DNA of 50,257 nucleotides from a virus (IMGVR_UViG_3300021090_000030:1-50257), one strand, 5' to 3'. Positions 7,353 to 16,433 are shown, counted from the first letter of the stretch. Numbers and translations: made by a program. Notes: a model not told the origin generated them from the letters alone.

Positions 7353-7616
7353 TTACATCTTTATGAACTTATTGTTATTACTACAATCTAGACAGTAGTA
7401 CGTTGATTCTTCAAAACAACTAAACTTTCCAAATCTACCATAGTTCATCGTAAAATATGTATTACATTTATTACAACGAAAGTTTGGTTCATTACGATTA
7501 TTTAGAAAGTAATCAGCTCTTTTTGGTATGAATCGTTTATTCAACTTCTTTACAGATTGTTTTACAACTTCAGATTCATAATTATTTACATATTGTTTGT
7601 AGTGATTCGTTTTCAT
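7353..7616 (-). CDS. AT-rich small zinc-finger-like protein, probably leaderless
   Basis: CNKC...CLDC; ATG 7 nt downstream of TGT-TATTAT; no SD. Confidence 0.55.
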   Translation of the reverse strand: MKTNHYKQYVNNYESEVVKQSVKKLNKRFIPKRADYFLNNRNEPNFRCNKCNTYFTMNYGRFGKFSCFEESTYYCLDCSNNNKFIKM

Positions 7617-7622
7617 AATACA

Positions 7623-7689
7623 ATAATAACATACAACATAAAGGATTCACCGTGACATTCATCACGTCTTTATGGGTATCTTTGTCACG
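7623..7689 (-). promoter_or_regulatory. Early promoter: extended -10 (TGnTATTAT), perfect CGTGA-N6-TCACG box (7651-7666) and half box 23 bp upstream
   Basis: Same box-to--10 spacing as promoters at 6125 and 7286. Confidence 0.65.
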
Positions 7690-7710
7690 TTGTATATCCA
7701 ACAATAGGTA

Positions 7711-8124
7711 TGAGAATGGTATGAGAAACCGATGAGAAACCGATGAGTGGAGTCTGAGAAGACCCTGAGAAACCAATGAAGGGAGTATGAAGGGAGTATG
7801 AGAAACCCATGAGAAACCCTCAAGTAGTCTGAGAATGGTATGAGAAGACCCTGAGAAACCAATAAGTGGAGTATGAAAGTAGTCTGAGAGACCTCTCATG
7901 TAGTCTGAGAAACCCATTAGAGGCACGTGAGAATGAGATGAGTGGTGAGGGTCTGGTGTGGTTATATGAGAACAAGATGAAAGGCACATTAGAATAGTAT
8001 AAGAAACCCATGAGTATAGTCTGAAAGACCGATGAGAGGTCGATGAGGAACCGATGAGAATAGTCTGAGAACCATATGAGAAACCGATGAAGGGTTGATG
8101 AGGGGTACGTGAGAATGACGTGAG
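7711..8124. repeat. Degenerate tandem array of ~38 units, mostly 11 bp, consensus approx. TGAGAAACCGA/TGAGAATAGTC
   Basis: TGA(G) recurs at 7711, 7722, 7733...7810 and with unbroken 11-bp period from 7967 to 8121; purine-rich + strand. Confidence 0.9.
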
Positions 8125-8184
8125 TTTTTGAGGCCCAGTGCTGTCAGCGTGTCTAATATCTCGACCATACCAAATGCCCATGGT

Positions 8185-8198
8185 AACTAAAATTAGTT
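8185..8198. promoter_or_regulatory. AACTAA-N2-TTAGTT palindrome
   Basis: aactaaaattagtt. Confidence 0.55.
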
Positions 8199-9070
8199 CA
8201 CGGTCTCAGTTCAAAACCGCGGGCAACTAATATCTGATATAGTGCCTTAGAAGGAATGCGTGTCTTGTCGTATATTAGTCCCAACGTATGTCCCTTACGA
8301 TACATGTCAACTGCCATATCAACCTGTTCGACAGGATAGCTTGTGTTTCTGCCTCTAAGTGCAACACCCCGTATACGTAACTCATGGTAGAGCGTGGTTG
8401 GACTAACTCCTGTCTTGAGAGCTATCTCATTTGTGATTATTCCTGCACAGTACATTTCAACCGCCTTATCGAGTCTCTCAACATCAACATTGTAACCCCT
8501 CTTTGCAATTCCCCTGATAGCTAATGCTTTGTAGAGTACCGTGGAAGTGACTCCCGTCGCTACATAAACAACACTTAGAGTCTCCATTTGGATGTACATC
8601 TTAACTGCCTTGTTTAGCTGCGTCAAGCGGACGTTATTTGTTGAGCGATTTGGCATTCCCAACTTCTCTAGCTCTGCATATAACCCCGAAGGAGAGATTC
8701 CTGTCTCCACATAAATCGAAGATACCTTCGCGCCGGCGTTGTACATTGCTACGGCTGTCTGCTTTCGGGTCTCCGTCACTCCCTGTGCCTCAACTGCGAC
8801 GGCACGAATGGGTACGCCCTTTTTGTCTAGTAAGGTATATAGTGTTGCGGGGTTTAGATGCCATTTCCCTAGTACGTCCTTTACAGGCATATCCGACTGG
8901 TAATCTTTGCAAATGGCGTCTGCGTTGTTTATGTCAGGAGTACGACCGTAGGCTCTTAATATTTTTCTGACCGCTGTCTCAGATAAATCGGTGTTCGTAG
9001 TGAACTCTTGCATATCTCTAATCCCCGCGTCGTACATCTCCAGCACTTCAATATCTTGGTCTGTAGTCAT
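8198..9070 (-). CDS. Tandem HTH-repeat DNA-binding protein (about six ~47-aa repeats)
   Basis: Repeated AVxMYxxG...IxxxTGVSxxTLYxxLxxxGIxxR. Confidence 0.8.
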   Translation of the reverse strand: MTTDQDIEVLEMYDAGIRDMQEFTTNTDLSETAVRKILRAYGRTPDINNADAICKDYQSDMPVKDVLGKWHLNPATLYTLLDKKGVPIRAVAVEAQGVTETRKQTAVAMYNAGAKVSSIYVETGISPSGLYAELEKLGMPNRSTNNVRLTQLNKAVKMYIQMETLSVVYVATGVTSTVLYKALAIRGIAKRGYNVDVERLDKAVEMYCAGIITNEIALKTGVSPTTLYHELRIRGVALRGRNTSYPVEQVDMAVDMYRKGHTLGLIYDKTRIPSKALYQILVARGFELRP

Positions 9071-9104
9071 GTTGTGTTCTCCTTTCGATCTTGAATTATA
9101 AATA

Positions 9105-9184
9105 ATTATACAACAGTTAGAAAGAAAAAGCCATTAGAAACTAATCTTAGTCTCCGGGACCTTTGTGTTGCCGTAAGGTACAAT
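9105..9184. promoter_or_regulatory. Divergent promoters: leftward TGGCTT-17-TATAAT (9105-9133), operator 9139-9152, rightward TACAAT (9179-9184)
   Basis: Hexamers and spacing read directly; only gap between divergent genes. Confidence 0.65.
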
Positions 9185-9190
9185 TGTGTT

Positions 9191-9721
9191 ATGAGTGACG
9201 AAGACGAAGATATTGTTAGAGTATGGGATCAACAGCCTGGAGAAGGCGATATATGGTACAGGATATTTACTAAGTACTATTTACCGTTGGGGCAGAAAAG
9301 AAATCTTCGGACTGCATTCGAATATTACCTTCGAATGGAGAAACCTATTGACTACATTGATGTAGATCCCGATAACTTCAAGAACATTCCCGCTCATTGG
9401 ACCCAACATGCATTTAAGTTCGAGTGGGCTAAGCGTGCGTTAGAATTCGATCAGGCCTCTGCTCCGGACTTTTCTATGCTACAAGTAAGTCAAACGTTGG
9501 AGTTCCTACGTGAGCATGCTATGAAAGCTGCATATGCTCTTGTAGAGTCACTAACTAATGAGAGAACTAGGGTCCAGGCAGCCAACTCGATTCTTAATCG
9601 TAGTGGCATTCCTGAGGTTAGTGAAGTAAACCTAAAGTCTGCGGTTTCGATAACTGCAGATGAAATGGCTGCAGCACAAGAAAAGGTCACCGAGTGGATG
9701 ACGCAAAAGAAGAGTGGCTAG
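9191..9721 (+). CDS. terS: Terminase small subunit (putative)
   Basis: Immediately upstream of TerL; WDQQPGE...W...WAKRALEFD pattern typical of a TerS class. Confidence 0.65.
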   Translation: MSDEDEDIVRVWDQQPGEGDIWYRIFTKYYLPLGQKRNLRTAFEYYLRMEKPIDYIDVDPDNFKNIPAHWTQHAFKFEWAKRALEFDQASAPDFSMLQVSQTLEFLREHAMKAAYALVESLTNERTRVQAANSILNRSGIPEVSEVNLKSAVSITADEMAAAQEKVTEWMTQKKSG

Positions 9722-11163
9722 CATGTTCACTGTCGTTCGTATATTTTGTAGATCGGTACGTAAAGATCTACGATGCTACGTCTGGTGGTTGGATTCCGTT
9801 TGAACTTTGGCCCGAACAGGTTCGAGTAGCCGAAGAGCTCGTTAACAACCGATTAGTTGCTATCCTGAAAGCGCGTCAGTTGGGTTTGACGTGGTTGGTG
9901 CTCGCTTACATACTATGGATGATGGTTTTCCATCCGGCAGGCACAATGCTTCTATTTTCTCGTCGTGAAGTAGAAGCTATCTACATGCTGGATAAACGTC
10001 TCAAAGGTATGTATAATCGTCTACCTGAGTGGATGGGAGTACGGTCTATTATTTCGGACAGCGCACACATCTGGGAATTGAGTAACGGTTCAGTCGCTTA
10101 CGCATTCCCAACTACTGCAGGTGATTCGTACACAGCTACTTTGGCTTTTGTAGATGAAGCAGATCTATTGCCTGATCTCGACGATCTGATGTTGGCAGTC
10201 AAGCCAACCATTGATGGTGGAGGCAAGATGATTTTGCTAAGCAGGTCCGACAAAGCAGCTCCGAACAGCCCGTTCAAGAAAATATTCATTGAGGCTTGGG
10301 CCGGCAGAAGTGCTTGGAAAGGTATTTTCCTACCATGGTTCGCTAGACCATCCCGGACTGCTAAATGGTACAAAGACCAAGAAGACGACTTTATGTCTCG
10401 AACTGGAACTAGTGATGGTCTACACGAGCAGTACCCAGCAACTCCTGAAGAAGCTCTGGCACCCAGGTCGCTAAACAAAAGGATTCCGTTTGCATGGTTG
10501 CAGAGATGTTATGTACCAATGAAGGGAACGAGGCATGCTAGTATCAACGGACTTACAGTATACCGAGAGCCACAATTGGCACACTCATACATCATATCAG
10601 GAGACCCGGCTGAAGGAAACCCGACATCAGACGATTCGTCTGCACACGTACTAGATGGTCTGACCCTGGAAGAGTGTGCTATGTTAGTTGGTAAGTTCGA
10701 ACCGCTAATGTTTGCAGAGCAGCTTTTAGAGATTTCGGAGTATTATCGTGACGCAGATATAATGGTTGAACGTAATAATCATGGACATGCGGTTATTGCA
10801 ACAATTCGAACTAAAGAAGACAAAGCACATCTCTTGATGAGAGGTCAAGACGGTCGGTATGGATGGCCACAAACCGGTAAGAGCAAGGCGCACCTTTATT
10901 CAGAGGGTGCTAAGTTACTGAAAGATGGAGCTCCTACGATACATAGTTCGGCAACTTTCCTCCAATTAGCCGATATCGAAGGAAGTACACTAAAAGCACC
11001 AGAAGGAAGTTTCGACGATCAGGCAGTAAGTTATATGTTAGGCGTACTAGCAGCTTCTGCCCCACCAGTACAGAACTTTGGATTCCAGTATGCCAGTAGC
11101 CATAGACACAATTCCAAACTTAACGCCCGTAGACGTCGCCATTCTATCGGCAGTATCAGCTGA
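9694..11163 (+). CDS. terL: Terminase large subunit
   Basis: Walker A KARQLGLT, Walker B FVDEAD, nuclease ISGDPAEG, ERNNHG, DDQAVS. Confidence 0.95.
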   Translation: MDDAKEEWLACSLSFVYFVDRYVKIYDATSGGWIPFELWPEQVRVAEELVNNRLVAILKARQLGLTWLVLAYILWMMVFHPAGTMLLFSRREVEAIYMLDKRLKGMYNRLPEWMGVRSIISDSAHIWELSNGSVAYAFPTTAGDSYTATLAFVDEADLLPDLDDLMLAVKPTIDGGGKMILLSRSDKAAPNSPFKKIFIEAWAGRSAWKGIFLPWFARPSRTAKWYKDQEDDFMSRTGTSDGLHEQYPATPEEALAPRSLNKRIPFAWLQRCYVPMKGTRHASINGLTVYREPQLAHSYIISGDPAEGNPTSDDSSAHVLDGLTLEECAMLVGKFEPLMFAEQLLEISEYYRDADIMVERNNHGHAVIATIRTKEDKAHLLMRGQDGRYGWPQTGKSKAHLYSEGAKLLKDGAPTIHSSATFLQLADIEGSTLKAPEGSFDDQAVSYMLGVLAASAPPVQNFGFQYASSHRHNSKLNARRRRHSIGSIS

Positions 11164-12523
11164 AGAAGACGCGTACCAACGGTCGATTGTTACTGCCCGT
11201 AAGTACCATAGAGGTGATCAAGGAGCTAAAATAACTGACCGTCTACGAGAGTTTATTCCTAGTATTGCTTTAGGAGAAGATTTCCGTCTAAATATTTGTC
11301 GTGTAATAGTAAGTGCTATGACCGACAGAATGAGGATTGTTGGCTTCGACTCTCCAGTAGTCCTAAAAATTGAGTGGGCATCGGAAATGTTTGACGACAA
11401 TAAAGGCCCCATTGTGGAATTGGACCTTTACGAAACTCTTTTACGTGACGGTGAAGCGTTCGTTGTAGTAGACGTCGACGTCGAGACGTCAGATATATCA
11501 TGGCACGTAAACCAAAGATATACGTCCTTAGACGTGGAGGGTGATGGTACAGGATGTATGGCTTTTTATGAGAACGATGACCCTAACCAACGTCTTCTGG
11601 TTGTAGTAAAACATTGGGTGACCCTAGACTCTCAAGGTAGAATGGTTCGAAACCGCAATCTTTATTATCCAAATGAAATTATAAAGCAAGTTCATAATGG
11701 AAAGACTTGGATTGAGAGAGAACCACCAGTAAGTTGGGTAGATGTAGAAGGAATGCCATTAGGTGTAGCTGCGATACACTTCTATAATAAAGGGTTCAAA
11801 CGTGAAGCGGAAGACGCGTTTTCTCTACAAGATTCTATCAATAAGACATTTTTAGATTTATTAGCTACTTCAGACATATCTGCCTTCCGGATTTATGTTG
11901 CTCTTGGTTGGATACCTACCACTGACGGTAAAGATCCCAAAGAGGACGGTAGTAATTGGATGGTTGTAGAACCGGGTAGGGTTGTTGGTACAGATAAACC
12001 TAAGTCCGAAGCGTCTTTCGATGCAATTGAGGCATCAGATCCTGAGGCAGCCATCAAGACTGTACAACAGTGTATTTTGTGGGCTAGTATGGTTACGAAT
12101 ACGCCCGCAAGTAGATTCATCTCTACCAAACTTATTGCCAGCGACGAGACGCTCAAACAGCAAGAAGAGCCTCTTGTAGCTAAAATCGATGGTGCCAAAA
12201 CCTTAATTTCTTATTCCTGGCGTCAGGTTCTTTTACTAACAGAACGTATATGGAACGTATTAACGGACGAACCTGTAACTGAAGGCAAACTGAAGCCCAT
12301 TTGGTGCCATTCAGCGTCTATGGAGTCACTCATGGACATACTGAAGTCTAAAAAAGAGTTAGGTATTCCCGAAATTCAGATTTGGCGGGAGTTGGGCTAC
12401 GACGAGCGTAAGATAGTGGCCATGATGGCCGACAAGAAGGAAGCTATGGCCCTAGTACAGCCAGCGCAACCTACTAAACCAAATGAAGGAGTCAGTGATG
12501 GCACTCAAAATCAAGAGAGTTAA
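11090..12523 (+). CDS. Portal protein
   Basis: Follows TerL, ~477 aa, NICRVIV/RDGEAF motifs typical of SPP1 gp6-like portals; exact start uncertain. Confidence 0.85.
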   Translation: MPVAIDTIPNLTPVDVAILSAVSAEEDAYQRSIVTARKYHRGDQGAKITDRLREFIPSIALGEDFRLNICRVIVSAMTDRMRIVGFDSPVVLKIEWASEMFDDNKGPIVELDLYETLLRDGEAFVVVDVDVETSDISWHVNQRYTSLDVEGDGTGCMAFYENDDPNQRLLVVVKHWVTLDSQGRMVRNRNLYYPNEIIKQVHNGKTWIEREPPVSWVDVEGMPLGVAAIHFYNKGFKREAEDAFSLQDSINKTFLDLLATSDISAFRIYVALGWIPTTDGKDPKEDGSNWMVVEPGRVVGTDKPKSEASFDAIEASDPEAAIKTVQQCILWASMVTNTPASRFISTKLIASDETLKQQEEPLVAKIDGAKTLISYSWRQVLLLTERIWNVLTDEPVTEGKLKPIWCHSASMESLMDILKSKKELGIPEIQIWRELGYDERKIVAMMADKKEAMALVQPAQPTKPNEGVSDGTQNQES

Positions 12524-13139
12524 AAGGTCCTTGTTGGACGAGCTCGGTGATGGGTTCGACATCCTTACCGATGCAGAAGCAACTGAAGCGGGGTTTACAT
12601 TAGCTGACGACGAAGTCATAGCTGTAGAGAAGCCCCAAGCACCACCCCCTTCAGGTGAAACTGCAGATGTGGCTGACTTAAGAGTCAAACTACACAGCGT
12701 GAATTCAGAATCAGCACAACGCCGCCTGGCCTTGAAAGAAGCTAAAGACAAGATTGCTGCTATAGAAGCAGATAATGCGACCCTTAAAAGTAGCGTAGAC
12801 AGCTTTAGACTGAACGAGGCTAAGACCAAAGCAACGACAGTATTCGACGCCATAGTGGCAGAGAAGAAGTTTGTGTTTGCTTCAGATGCTGCAGGTGGCG
12901 ATGTCCGAGAAGAAGTCTTCAGGGGTGTTGACTGGACTAAAGAGGTAACTAAAGAGACATTAGAGCCTCTGGTTAGCAAGTACGTAGAAAAGAAACCGTA
13001 CGTTCTCAAAACTGTTGTACTGGGACCTACGGAGGGTGGTAGGCAAGGCTCAAGCTCAGGCGACGCAATTGACATTGATCTCGAAGAAGTCGCCAACGCC
13101 TTTGGTTTGCCTAAACCACTCGTTCAAAAGGAGTCATAA
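12498..13139 (+). CDS. Capsid scaffolding protein
   Basis: Acidic N-terminus, ESAQRR coiled coil, position before capsid genes; AAGGAG SD. Confidence 0.7.
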   Translation: MALKIKRVKRSLLDELGDGFDILTDAEATEAGFTLADDEVIAVEKPQAPPPSGETADVADLRVKLHSVNSESAQRRLALKEAKDKIAAIEADNATLKSSVDSFRLNEAKTKATTVFDAIVAEKKFVFASDAAGGDVREEVFRGVDWTKEVTKETLEPLVSKYVEKKPYVLKTVVLGPTEGGRQGSSSGDAIDIDLEEVANAFGLPKPLVQKES

Positions 13140-13519
13140 TGACTGCATTAGTTTTTGTTCCGAAGGCAGTGCGTCTAGCCAACACACATAACGCACTGTC
13201 TCGAACACGTCCACTAGCGGGCACAGCTGGCGTTGGACAGGCGGCTGCTATGGATGCTGAGGGTAATTGGATACTGCGAGCCGGCACAGGCCGAGCAGCA
13301 GGGATCTTCCTGGGCATCACTGATGGACGTCTTGAGGGGAACGTTGGTGACGATGCGGAAGTGTTAATGGAAGGCATTGTTGCCGGTTACGTTGTAGCTC
13401 CGGGTGTAGTGGTGTATGATGGCGGGGATGGAACACTAGAAGACACTGGTACAACCGAGCAGAAGATTGGAGTAGGTTTGAACGATAACTTGCTCTATAT
13501 TCGACCAGATTTGGCCTAA
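13139..13519 (+). CDS. Capsid decoration/cement protein (putative)
   Basis: 126 aa Gly/Ala-rich beta protein directly before major capsid gene. Confidence 0.6.
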   Translation: MTALVFVPKAVRLANTHNALSRTRPLAGTAGVGQAAAMDAEGNWILRAGTGRAAGIFLGITDGRLEGNVGDDAEVLMEGIVAGYVVAPGVVVYDGGDGTLEDTGTTEQKIGVGLNDNLLYIRPDLA

Positions 13520-13531
13520 GCGAGGTGTGAC

Positions 13532-14623
13532 ATGCCATTCGGAATTAATGACCTTAAGAGCGTGATTCGCATCCCGACGAACTGGGACCTCGCGTATATG
13601 CGCCAATTCCAGACCGCCGACGGCGTAACCTGGGACCGTATAATCTCCCGTATGGGTGCTGCGTTGTCATTGTTCAACCAATCTCTGACACAAGGACCCT
13701 GGGCACCTTTCTATCGTGCTACAACCGACACCGGACTTGAATACCGTTTGGGTGCCGACGGTGGCGAGCTACCCCCAATGCCTGAACACAACCGGCCCGA
13801 CCTGTTCGCAGGTGAGGCTGGTGGTCATATGATCCCAATGCGTGACTACGGCGGTGGGTTGGGTTGGACATCGCTTGCTCTTCGACGTGCATCGGCGAGT
13901 AAGATCGATCTGTCGATTCAAACGCTTATTGATCGTGGCCGCGTTACGTGGAGTAAACGTATGATGGAGCGACTGTACCGCGTTGAATCTGTACGTGTAG
14001 GTGCGGGCGGCGTTTCGTTGCCGTTTATTGACGGCGGTGTTTCTGACGATGAGTACGTAGCCCCTTCATGGGAAGGTGTTGACTTCCCTGCTAATCATAA
14101 CCACTACCATCGATTGGCTGATAGTGAGGCAGGACGTACAGCATCTTTGCTAGCAATGGCGCTAGACTTGCGTGAGCATGGTCACATGCCTCCATACATT
14201 CTGACCATTCCAGAAGTCGATGCGGCCGTTTGGGCGGCACAGCCGGAGTACACACCCCCAGCAAACGCCATTCTCCAAACACAAGGGATCGAAGTCCGTG
14301 CTTTGAGTGTTGATACCAGTTTGTACACAGGTGTGTTCGAAGTTGACCGAGCTTGGGGCTTTATCATGCCCACGTCTCGTCTTCCTGCTAACTATGCAGG
14401 TATGTTTAAGCCCTACGGTTACGGGAACGTAAACAACCCGTTGGTCGTTCGTTACGAGAACGGCTTTCCTCTGGGCTTGTCCCTCGAAGGTCAGGTCATA
14501 ATTTACCCGCTACAAGAAGCGGTAGCCATGTTCACCTTTGGTGTTGGTGTAGGCAACCGTACGAACGGGTCACTGACCTACTTCGCCGCAAGTGGTAACT
14601 ACGTTAGCCCAGTCATAGCATAA
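13532..14623 (+). CDS. Major capsid protein
   Basis: 363 aa, synteny after scaffold/decoration, GAGGTG SD. Confidence 0.75.
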   Translation: MPFGINDLKSVIRIPTNWDLAYMRQFQTADGVTWDRIISRMGAALSLFNQSLTQGPWAPFYRATTDTGLEYRLGADGGELPPMPEHNRPDLFAGEAGGHMIPMRDYGGGLGWTSLALRRASASKIDLSIQTLIDRGRVTWSKRMMERLYRVESVRVGAGGVSLPFIDGGVSDDEYVAPSWEGVDFPANHNHYHRLADSEAGRTASLLAMALDLREHGHMPPYILTIPEVDAAVWAAQPEYTPPANAILQTQGIEVRALSVDTSLYTGVFEVDRAWGFIMPTSRLPANYAGMFKPYGYGNVNNPLVVRYENGFPLGLSLEGQVIIYPLQEAVAMFTFGVGVGNRTNGSLTYFAASGNYVSPVIA

Positions 14624-14994
14624 TGACGTTCACTTACGATACAGGCCTAGCAACCAGCGTCTCATGGGTTCGTCTGCAAATAGGCGACACCAAGGTAGGA
14701 GCTGGTCCCCGTGTTGACGGCACCAACTTCTCTGACGAAGAGATTGAGGCTCTGCTAGGCCTGAACAAAAACGACGTGACTGATGTGACAAGTCAACTCT
14801 TCAACATTTTGGCAACTGAGTGGACGAGAATGGCGATGACCTATACTATAGGCCCACGCAAAGAAGACTACACTAAAATAGCAGACCTGTACACAAAGAA
14901 GGCACTACATTGGTCTAACATTGCAGGTACGCTATTCAAGACATTCTCAGCGGGCACGAAGAGGCTCTCCGATGCTGACGCCAGCATTACGTAG
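14623..14994 (+). CDS. Head-tail adaptor (putative)
   Basis: VRLQIGDT...FSDEEIEALL motif common to adaptors. Confidence 0.65.
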   Translation: MTFTYDTGLATSVSWVRLQIGDTKVGAGPRVDGTNFSDEEIEALLGLNKNDVTDVTSQLFNILATEWTRMAMTYTIGPRKEDYTKIADLYTKKALHWSNIAGTLFKTFSAGTKRLSDADASIT

Positions 14995-15307
14995 AGGTAT
15001 TAGGCATTCGGCCTCGATCAGTGCACAGACAACCACTGCTGGAGGGGTTCGGACAACTCCAGAGCATCTCTTTGATTTACTTATCTCGCCCATCGATGCT
15101 GTAGACCCTGACGTGTTGATAAGGTTTGCTTTGCTAACACCGTTCCAGGCAAAGCAAGCCTTTGCGTATCGTCAAGAGGAGATAAAGCCTGGCATGTACT
15201 TAGTTATGGGTACCAAACAATATCCAATCAAGGGTGTAGCAAGTTACCCTGACGATGACGGATACACTTTATACCATATGATTCTTGAGGATGTAATTTC
15301 GAAATGA
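14972..15307 (+). CDS. Head closure/stopper protein (putative)
   Basis: IKPGMYLV...YPIKGV beta-barrel pattern; synteny. Confidence 0.55.
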   Translation: MLTPALRRGIRHSASISAQTTTAGGVRTTPEHLFDLLISPIDAVDPDVLIRFALLTPFQAKQAFAYRQEEIKPGMYLVMGTKQYPIKGVASYPDDDGYTLYHMILEDVISK

Positions 15308-15948
15308 CCTCAAACGTTACTGATAGAAGCGTAATGCGTAAGAAGTTTGCAGGCTTACTAGAGGATGCCTTAGTAGGTAGTGGTAAGCCTGTTAAGGTAG
15401 TATACGACTACCAAGTCGGTGACTTCAGAGGTGAGTCGCCTGTTATTGTCGTTACGAGCACAGGCACCGCAAGAGGTTCTTCTACGGTAACAGGAGTTAC
15501 AGAGTTCTTTCTCGAGGTCCATACATTTATACTATACGCGGCTAAACCTATGATTACTGTTGACAGTCCTGATGCGGGTGTTGATGTGACAATCGCTTTG
15601 GAGGATACGTCGATATATCAGGTAGGAAATACAGTCGTGATAGAAGATGGTACAAATTCGGACATAGCAATTATTACGGATATCGATCCTAACGTTTCGG
15701 TGACTATAGACGTGCTGGTTCATAGTTTCGTAACACCTAAAATTTATATCTGGACAGAGTCACAGTCAGAAGACTTGCTAGATTTACTCGAGAAAGGTAT
15801 CTCTGATGTCATCAAGGACTCTAGCGAAGAAGATCTATTCTTCTATGTTATGAACACTGACCGAAGTGAAATTGATGTGGTCGAAATTGGTGGTGACGCT
15901 TACCGTCACGAAACAGTACCTGTGACTGTAGCAGTAATGGATGTCTAA
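15304..15948 (+). CDS. Tail terminator-like protein with internal beta-rich insertion
   Basis: Synteny; acidic; central ~70 aa V/I/T/D-rich segment. Confidence 0.5.
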   Translation: MTSNVTDRSVMRKKFAGLLEDALVGSGKPVKVVYDYQVGDFRGESPVIVVTSTGTARGSSTVTGVTEFFLEVHTFILYAAKPMITVDSPDAGVDVTIALEDTSIYQVGNTVVIEDGTNSDIAIITDIDPNVSVTIDVLVHSFVTPKIYIWTESQSEDLLDLLEKGISDVIKDSSEEDLFFYVMNTDRSEIDVVEIGGDAYRHETVPVTVAVMDV

Positions 15949-16433
15949 TGCCTATCATACCGATACGAGTCAAAAGTGATGCGAAGCTTGTTAGGGCAGG
16001 ACTCCAGGACCTTGCTAAAGCAATACCTCAAGTTGGTAGACTTCAGATATACCAAGTCATGGTACGTTCGAGGACGCGTCTAAAAAAGCCTGGAAAGAGA
16101 GTGAAGTATCCTGTACCTTGGGATAACGTAAAGCAAAAGATAAAAGTCATTATAATGCTTAAAGCGGCCAACAACCTTCCGTATAGACGTACTGGCAACT
16201 ACGGAAACGCCTTTACGATTACAAAGCTTGACGATGGCTATGAACTAGGAAACACGTTGGATGAGGCTGACTTCGTTGGTGGTGACGCCGAAGGCAAAAA
16301 TCAGTCAAGAATTTTTAGAGGTCGCTACCCCATCATGCGTGAAGTAGTTGACGAAGAGTTCAAAAAACTTCCCTCAGCAGTTGTGGAGCACCTAATACTT
16401 GTGGCTGCCGAGAAAGGCCTAGAAGCAAAATGA
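15948..16433 (+). CDS. Tail completion/neck protein (HK97 gp10-like, putative)
   Basis: Basic protein with YRRTGNY motif; synteny. Confidence 0.5.
   Translation: MPIIPIRVKSDAKLVRAGLQDLAKAIPQVGRLQIYQVMVRSRTRLKKPGKRVKYPVPWDNVKQKIKVIIMLKAANNLPYRRTGNYGNAFTITKLDDGYELGNTLDEADFVGGDAEGKNQSRIFRGRYPIMREVVDEEFKKLPSAVVEHLILVAAEKGLEAK

Noticed and set aside
7711-8124. Possible CRISPR array
   Set aside because: Units are 11 bp with no repeat-spacer alternation and no cas operon
7582-8181. 199-aa, 66-aa and 63-aa - strand ORFs over the repeat array
   Set aside because: All three frames give similar S/H/L/F-rich text, as expected from an 11-bp repeat with few stops on that strand; no SD; treated as shadow ORFs
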